From: Thermodesulfobacteriota bacterium
GTDB lineage: Bacteria; Desulfobacterota_D; UBA1144; Nemesobacterales; N074bin48
Direction of reading: 5' to 3'
Length of the DNA stretch: 11,231 nt
Assembly (NCBI GenBank): GCA_041572575.1
Contig: JBFFSH010000083.1
Coordinates: 1 to 11,231, forward strand
In this document: in pieces, positions 7,579-11,231 of the stretch
How the letters are laid out: each line of letters opens with the position of its first letter
Position numbering within the stretch: the first letter of the stretch is position 1
Position numbers and translations under genes: made by a program
Notes under the pieces: generated by a model
Databases searched by the model: none
What the model was told of the DNA's origin: nothing
The model's input: the letters and a program-made list of their open reading frames with translations, nothing else

Positions 7579-8191
7579 ATATATGCTTGCTAGCCCAATC
7601 TATTTGTACTCCGTGCTCCAACCTCTCCTTAACCACTTCAGATGATTCTGGTAAAAAGTACTGTCTACCATACACCCCTTGGGAAGGCTTTGTGATAACA
7701 ATACTTTTCTTATGTTCCAATGATTTGATAGCAACCCTTATTGTTTTGTCAGAAAGGCCTGTGAGTTCGCGTATTCTTGTAATACCTATTCTGACCTCCT
7801 GAGAACCGCTTTTTATCAATTCGCTTTTTATAGCATTATAGATTTTATTTTCGGAATTTGTATGTGTAGCACTTAGACTATTTTGCTCTATGGGCTTTGT
7901 GGTTATATTTTTGTTAGTTACCGCGGTATCTACCTTAGTATGTACTGCAGTAGTTACCGCACTATCTACCGCGGTAGGATGTTTGGTAACCCCTTGTATA
8001 TGTTCGCTTAATTGTGGTTTATCTATATTTCGCTCTGACCTAAAAGAGCTGAAATATTTCGTAGCTACCTTATGTGTGGTAAGTGGATCAGACCGTTTGT
8101 TCATGGACTCAATCATCCCATCCAGGCGGCCCTTTTTCTTCTGTTTATTAGAGGCTTCTACTGAGGTATTGTCTTCCTTCTTTTTGCTCAT
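7568..8191 (-). CDS. ParA partner protein with C-terminal winged HTH (candidate centromere-binding protein)
   Basis: 207 aa, overlapping the parA 3' end by 44 nt. Basic N-terminal KKKGRLDGMI, a low-complexity linker, and HTH-like IGITRIRELTGLSDKTIRVAIKSLEHKKSI followed by a wing. Confidence 0.7.
   Translation of the reverse strand: MSKKKEDNTSVEASNKQKKKGRLDGMIESMNKRSDPLTTHKVATKYFSSFRSERNIDKPQLSEHIQGVTKHPTAVDSAVTTAVHTKVDTAVTNKNITTKPIEQNSLSATHTNSENKIYNAIKSELIKSGSQEVRIGITRIRELTGLSDKTIRVAIKSLEHKKSIVITKPSQGVYGRQYFLPESSEVVKERLEHGVQIDWASKHILPR
7919..7976. repeat. Array of five 10-bp palindromes, 12-bp period (parS-like site 2), inside the wHTH gene
   Basis: TACCGCGGTA (7919), TACCTTAGTA (7931), TACTGCAGTA (7943), TACCGCACTA (7955), TACCGCGGTA (7967). 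Confidence 0.85.
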
Positions 8192-8954
8192 CCTGATATA
8201 TCCTTATTATCTCTTTTGCTACTCTTCTGTAGTCCATAGCGCCCGAGCACAGGGGGTCGTACTCTAAAATATGTTTGCCAAAACCACTAGCTTCTTTAAG
8301 CCTTACATTGTTGTGTATGGCAGGGAGCGTCTGTGGCCCGAATTTTTTTTCAATTGCATCGATTACCGTTTTGCTTACATTTGTAAGTTTGTCATGCATA
8401 GTGGGAAGCCCATATGGAACTATCGGATAATCTGTCCTGGATGAATATATTTCATATAGCGTTTCATCTATCATTTTTACAGCATCAAGGGCCATTGGCT
8501 GTGTCTGTATTGTGATTATCACATCGTCCGCTGCAAAAAATGCGTTTATAGTAAGTGTTGCAAGGGAAGGTGGGCAATCGATTATAACAAAATCTGTTTT
8601 ATGTTTAACTTTATTTAATGATTTCTGCAATTTATGATCTTTTTCTATCAAAGAAGACATACTTAGATCTGCTCTGCTCATAGATAGGTTTGCCGGTATA
8701 AAACTTATTCCATCATCCCTTTTAATTATCACATTGTTTATATCAATACTGCCTCTTGTATCCAACAGCACGTCGTTTATGGTAAGCTCAAAATCATTTG
8801 GGTTATATCCCAAGTGCGAAGTAGCGTTTCCCTGGGGATCTAAATCCACAAGGAGCACTCTTTGTTCTTTTTCCGCTAGACACGCTGCCAAGTTCACGGC
8901 TGTCGTTGTCTTCCCTACACCCCCTTTGTGGTTTGCTATGGCTAATATTTTCAT
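8148..8954 (-). CDS. parA: ParA/Soj family partition ATPase
   Basis: Deviant Walker A KGGVGKTT, A' VDLDPQGNAT, Walker B IIDCPP. No N-terminal HTH. AAGGGGG RBS. Confidence 0.95.
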   Translation of the reverse strand: MKILAIANHKGGVGKTTTAVNLAACLAEKEQRVLLVDLDPQGNATSHLGYNPNDFELTINDVLLDTRGSIDINNVIIKRDDGISFIPANLSMSRADLSMSSLIEKDHKLQKSLNKVKHKTDFVIIDCPPSLATLTINAFFAADDVIITIQTQPMALDAVKMIDETLYEIYSSRTDYPIVPYGLPTMHDKLTNVSKTVIDAIEKKFGPQTLPAIHNNVRLKEASGFGKHILEYDPLCSGAMDYRRVAKEIIRIYQDEQKEGRQYLSRSL

Positions 8955-8974
8955 GCTTCCCCCTTCGTTTTTTC

Positions 8975-9889
8975 TTAGCTGCCTTCTGCCTTTAGATAGA
9001 TATTATCTATAACCATATCGCAAAGCATTTCTACAAAAAATTTTCTGGCTTTTTCTGACTCGTTTGGTAATTCGTCGTAAGGAAAATCTGTTTTTACTAG
9101 ATTTGCTATCGAGTCGATATCAATTTCCGGATTTTCCTCCGATAACTCAGTCATTCTGTTTACCATTATTTCTTTAATTGTCTTATAAGCTCCTTCCTCT
9201 ACCACATCCTCTAGCGGTTTTACCCCGTTCAAATTGTCATATATTTCGTATAATCGGGTTTTAAAAATGCCATTTTTTAAATTTGTATGCACCTTTTTTT
9301 CGTTTTTATGCGTTTTTACACTATAGGTTCTTTTATTTATTTGTGTCTTATTTATATATGAGTATTCTTTGGGTGACATTTTTGTCACCCCCCCCCGTGA
9401 TAATTTTGTCACCCCCCCCGTGACATTTTTGTCACCCCCCCCCATGACAATTCTGTCATCCCCCTTAGAATCCAAGTCTTCTGTATCTTTGTCGGTTATT
9501 TCTTCATTATAATCTGCTCTCAGCATCTCTTCTGTGAGTTTCTTTACCAGGGGTCTAAAATCAAAAATTGTTGTTATCTGAGCCCCTGTATGCTCGTTAA
9601 AACGCGGTTCTTTTATAAGCAGATGAAGTTCTTCTAAGTCCTGGGTGATTCTTTTTATGCTTCTTTCTTCAACTCCAGCCCTTTTTGCAAGTGTGGAGTA
9701 GCTTGGAAACGGACTGTATCTATCCCACTTAAAAGACATGATATCTATTATAAGTGTTAAGTGTTTTGGTTTAATTCCGAGGGCAGAACGGTAGCGAAGT
9801 AAGAGGTTTGGGACGCTAGTAAAGCCTTCGTCAAGTATATCGCCCCATATTTGTACTATTCTGGTTTTATCTTGTTTGTTTGTAGGCAA
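8975..9889 (-). CDS. Replication initiator protein with N-terminal HTH (phage/plasmid replisome-organiser type)
   Basis: 304 aa, TTG start with GGAAGG RBS. GFTSVPNLLL...FPSYSTLAKRAGVEERSIKRITQDLEE HTH. Central Gly/Thr/Lys linker is encoded by DNA iterons. First gene of the operon containing parA. Confidence 0.8.
   Translation of the reverse strand: MPTNKQDKTRIVQIWGDILDEGFTSVPNLLLRYRSALGIKPKHLTLIIDIMSFKWDRYSPFPSYSTLAKRAGVEERSIKRITQDLEELHLLIKEPRFNEHTGAQITTIFDFRPLVKKLTEEMLRADYNEEITDKDTEDLDSKGDDRIVMGGGDKNVTGGVTKLSRGGVTKMSPKEYSYINKTQINKRTYSVKTHKNEKKVHTNLKNGIFKTRLYEIYDNLNGVKPLEDVVEEGAYKTIKEIMVNRMTELSEENPEIDIDSIANLVKTDFPYDELPNESEKARKFFVEMLCDMVIDNIYLKAEGS
9270..9370. other. AT-rich tract beside the iterons (candidate DNA unwinding element)
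   Basis: Strand-biased T-rich sequence (TTTTTTAAATTTG...TTTTATTTATTTG...TATTTATATATG) immediately flanking the iterons. Confidence 0.5.
9373..9464. repeat. Four palindromic iterons with C-tract spacers (putative oriV)
   Basis: GTGACATTTTTGTCAC (9373), GTGATAATTTTGTCAC (9397), GTGACATTTTTGTCAC (9420), ATGACAATTCTGTCAT (9444). Periods are 24, 23 and 24 bp. Confidence 0.88.
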
Positions 9890-9927
9890 ATTTACCTTCC
9901 TAAATTTATCTTAAATAAATTAAGGTC

Positions 9928-9957
9928 TTGACATTGCTTTTTATGGGAAGGTATCAT
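9928..9957 (+). promoter_or_regulatory. Sigma70 promoter of the antisense RNA
   Basis: TTGACA (9928-9933), 18 bp spacer, TATCAT (9952-9957). Fires opposite to rep, within the rep leader. Confidence 0.7.
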
Positions 9958-9963
9958 TTAGAT

Positions 9964-10024
9964 GTTCCACCTTCCGGTTGCCGCCGTTGTTTTTGTTTTC
10001 TCCACAAACATCGGCGGCTTTCTT
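9964..10024 (+). ncRNA. Putative ~60-nt counter-transcribed RNA (ctRNA) against the rep leader
   Basis: Bounded by the promoter above and the terminator hairpin GCCGCCG (9980-9986) / CGGCGGC (10012-10018) plus TTTCTT. Ends are approximate. Confidence 0.65.
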
Positions 10025-10030
10025 ATATTT

Positions 10031-10059
10031 ATTATATTATAATTACCGATTTAAATCAA
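10031..10059 (-). promoter_or_regulatory. Promoter of the rep-parA-wHTH operon
   Basis: Minus strand TTGATT (10059-10054), 17 bp spacer, TATAAT (10036-10031). Predicts a leader of about 135 nt. Confidence 0.65.
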
Positions 10060-10118
10060 AGATTGATATATAACACTAGAGCAATTAATAATACAAAAAA
10101 CTTTTCTGAGAACAACCA

Positions 10119-10898
10119 ATGGACAGAAATGAAAAATTGGCAAGAGATTTTTTAGATCTAATACAAAATTGCAAACATGCTGTAGCGCTAACAGGTGCTG
10201 GTATAAGCACGGAGTCCGGAATACCAGATTACCGTTCACCGGATACGGGCCTTTGGGAAAATACCGATATGTCTGTGGTTTCTCTAGATGGTTTTTTAGC
10301 AGACCCTTCAAAATATTACAAATACTCACTTAAGCTTTATCCGGTAAGAAGCGCTGCAAAGCCAAATCCTGCGCATTATCTTCTAGCCTCGTTAGAAAAA
10401 CTCGGATTTTTAAAAGGTGTTATTACGCAGAATGTAGATGGTTTGCATTACAAAGCCGGTTCTGAAACCGTTCATGAACTTCACGGATCTCTTAGGCAGA
10501 CAGTCTGTCTTGGCTGCAACTTGTTGTTTCCCATGGAAGAAATTATGCAAAGGGTAGTTTCTGGGGAAAATCCGCCGTACTGTCAGGAGTGTGGAGCTGT
10601 TTTGAAGCCAAACGCCATATTTTTTGGTGAAGCTCTACCGCAAATACCTTGGAAAGAATCAGTTAAGCTTTGTGAAAACGCTGACTTGTTCATTGTAATA
10701 GGCTCATCACTACAAGTCTCACCCGCAAATATACTACCTGATATGACTATCAAAAAAGGCGCAAAACTTGTTATATGCAATATTCAGGCTACCCCTTTTG
10801 ATACAGATGCAACGCTTATTGTTCGGGAAAAGATAGGTGGGTTTGCTTCCTTAGTGGCGAGCTTGTTGGAAAGTAATATCACTGATACTGAAAGCTAG
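10119..10898 (+). CDS. cobB: NAD-dependent protein deacylase, Sir2/CobB family
   Basis: GAGISTESGIPDYRS, ITQNVDGLH, ELHGS, CxxC...CxxC zinc site, LKPNAIFFGE and GSSLQVSPA. Confidence 0.93.
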   Translation: MDRNEKLARDFLDLIQNCKHAVALTGAGISTESGIPDYRSPDTGLWENTDMSVVSLDGFLADPSKYYKYSLKLYPVRSAAKPNPAHYLLASLEKLGFLKGVITQNVDGLHYKAGSETVHELHGSLRQTVCLGCNLLFPMEEIMQRVVSGENPPYCQECGAVLKPNAIFFGEALPQIPWKESVKLCENADLFIVIGSSLQVSPANILPDMTIKKGAKLVICNIQATPFDTDATLIVREKIGGFASLVASLLESNITDTES

Positions 10899-10974
10899 AT
10901 AAGCCAATATAGCACTTATTTTTTGCATTTTAAGGCTTTTACTTAAACTTTTTTTGAATATATGAAAAAAGTAC

Positions 10975-11004
10975 TTGACAAAGGGCTTGTAATTTTGATA
11001 TAAC
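10975..11004 (+). promoter_or_regulatory. Sigma70 promoter of the adc-like pair
   Basis: TTGACA (10975-10980), 18 bp spacer, extended -10 TGaTATAAC (10996-11004). About 100 nt upstream of the ATG at 11108 (= position 18). Confidence 0.65.
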
Positions 11005-11090
11005 AATGTCGTTGGGGTATAGAAACGCGCGGTTTGCGTGCATTCGATGCTCAGCGGGGATTTTTTTAATCCTGTTTTAAAAAATATTTA

Positions 11091-11231
11091 GTAAGGAGGG
11101 TTTTAATATGCCTAGTCATTTAAATGTCCCCACGAAATATTGGGAACTCACAAAGGAGGTTCCACCTCCTCCTATAGAGAGAGACATAAAATCCTGGATT
11201 ATTGCTAATCCATCAGATCCACTATGGGATA
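11091..11231. repeat. Terminal direct repeat, copy 2 (redundant overlap with 1-141)
   Basis: Exact match to 1-141. Contains the RBS and first codons of the 18..995 gene. Confidence 0.97.

Noticed and set aside
7890..8267. 125-aa plus-strand ORF with hydrophobic TAV repeats
   Set aside because: It is an antisense shadow of the wHTH gene. The repeats arise because the DNA units are palindromic.
9373..9464. CRISPR array
   Set aside because: Units are 16 bp with 7-8-nt C-only spacers, inside an ORF, and there are no cas genes. Iterons fit better.
6984..9889. Prophage or phage satellite
   Set aside because: There are no structural, packaging, lysis or repressor genes, and the recombinase lacks the arm-binding and core-binding domains of phage integrases.
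9928..10155. 75-aa plus-strand ORF upstream of the sirtuin
   Set aside because: Its TTG is the -35 hexamer of the antisense promoter, it has no RBS, and it runs through a terminator.
26..10780. Other short overlapping ORFs (26-304, 1113-1316, 3057-3239, 3484-3720, 3969-4166, 4607-4849, 6062-6301, 6347-6817, 7172-7363, 7587-7802, 8734-9012, 10051-10329, 10583-10780)
   Set aside because: They are antisense or out-of-frame shadows of well-supported genes, with no recognisable motifs.
10119..10898. SIR2 anti-phage defence system (Thoeris, DSR or SIR2-HerA)
   Set aside because: The protein has a canonical CobB architecture with a zinc site, and there is no TIR, HerA, pAgo or other partner gene.
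11108..11231. Apparent truncated third copy or pseudogene of the adc-like gene
   Set aside because: It lies within the exact 141-bp terminal overlap, so it is the same gene as 18..995 on the circle.

Overview
The window is a complete circular replicon of about 11,090 bp: bases 11091-11231 are an exact copy of bases 1-141, a typical assembler circularisation overlap. It is most likely a small AT-rich, low-copy plasmid. The backbone (about 6.9-10.1 kb) has four parts. (1) An HTH replication initiator whose gene contains four palindromic iterons beside an AT-rich tract, resembling a lambda-O-style internal origin. (2) An upstream antisense-RNA / anti-Shine-Dalgarno switch that probably controls copy number. 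(3) A ParA ATPase followed by a non-canonical winged-helix partner, with two 12-bp-phased arrays of the palindrome TACCGCGGTA as a candidate centromere. (4) A short tyrosine recombinase with an 11-6-11 candidate crossover site upstream. The cargo is metabolic: two tandem acetoacetate-decarboxylase-superfamily paralogues, a small hypothetical protein, an AmiS/UreI channel, an acyl-CoA dehydrogenase, a thiolase-fold protein lacking the nucleophilic Cys, a DUF35 protein without Zn cysteines, a MaoC hydratase (together an Ltp2-like retro-aldol module), and a sirtuin. I found no relaxase, conjugation, phage structural, IS or toxin-antitoxin genes. The host cannot be determined from the sequence alone. 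All family calls come from motif recognition, not database searches.
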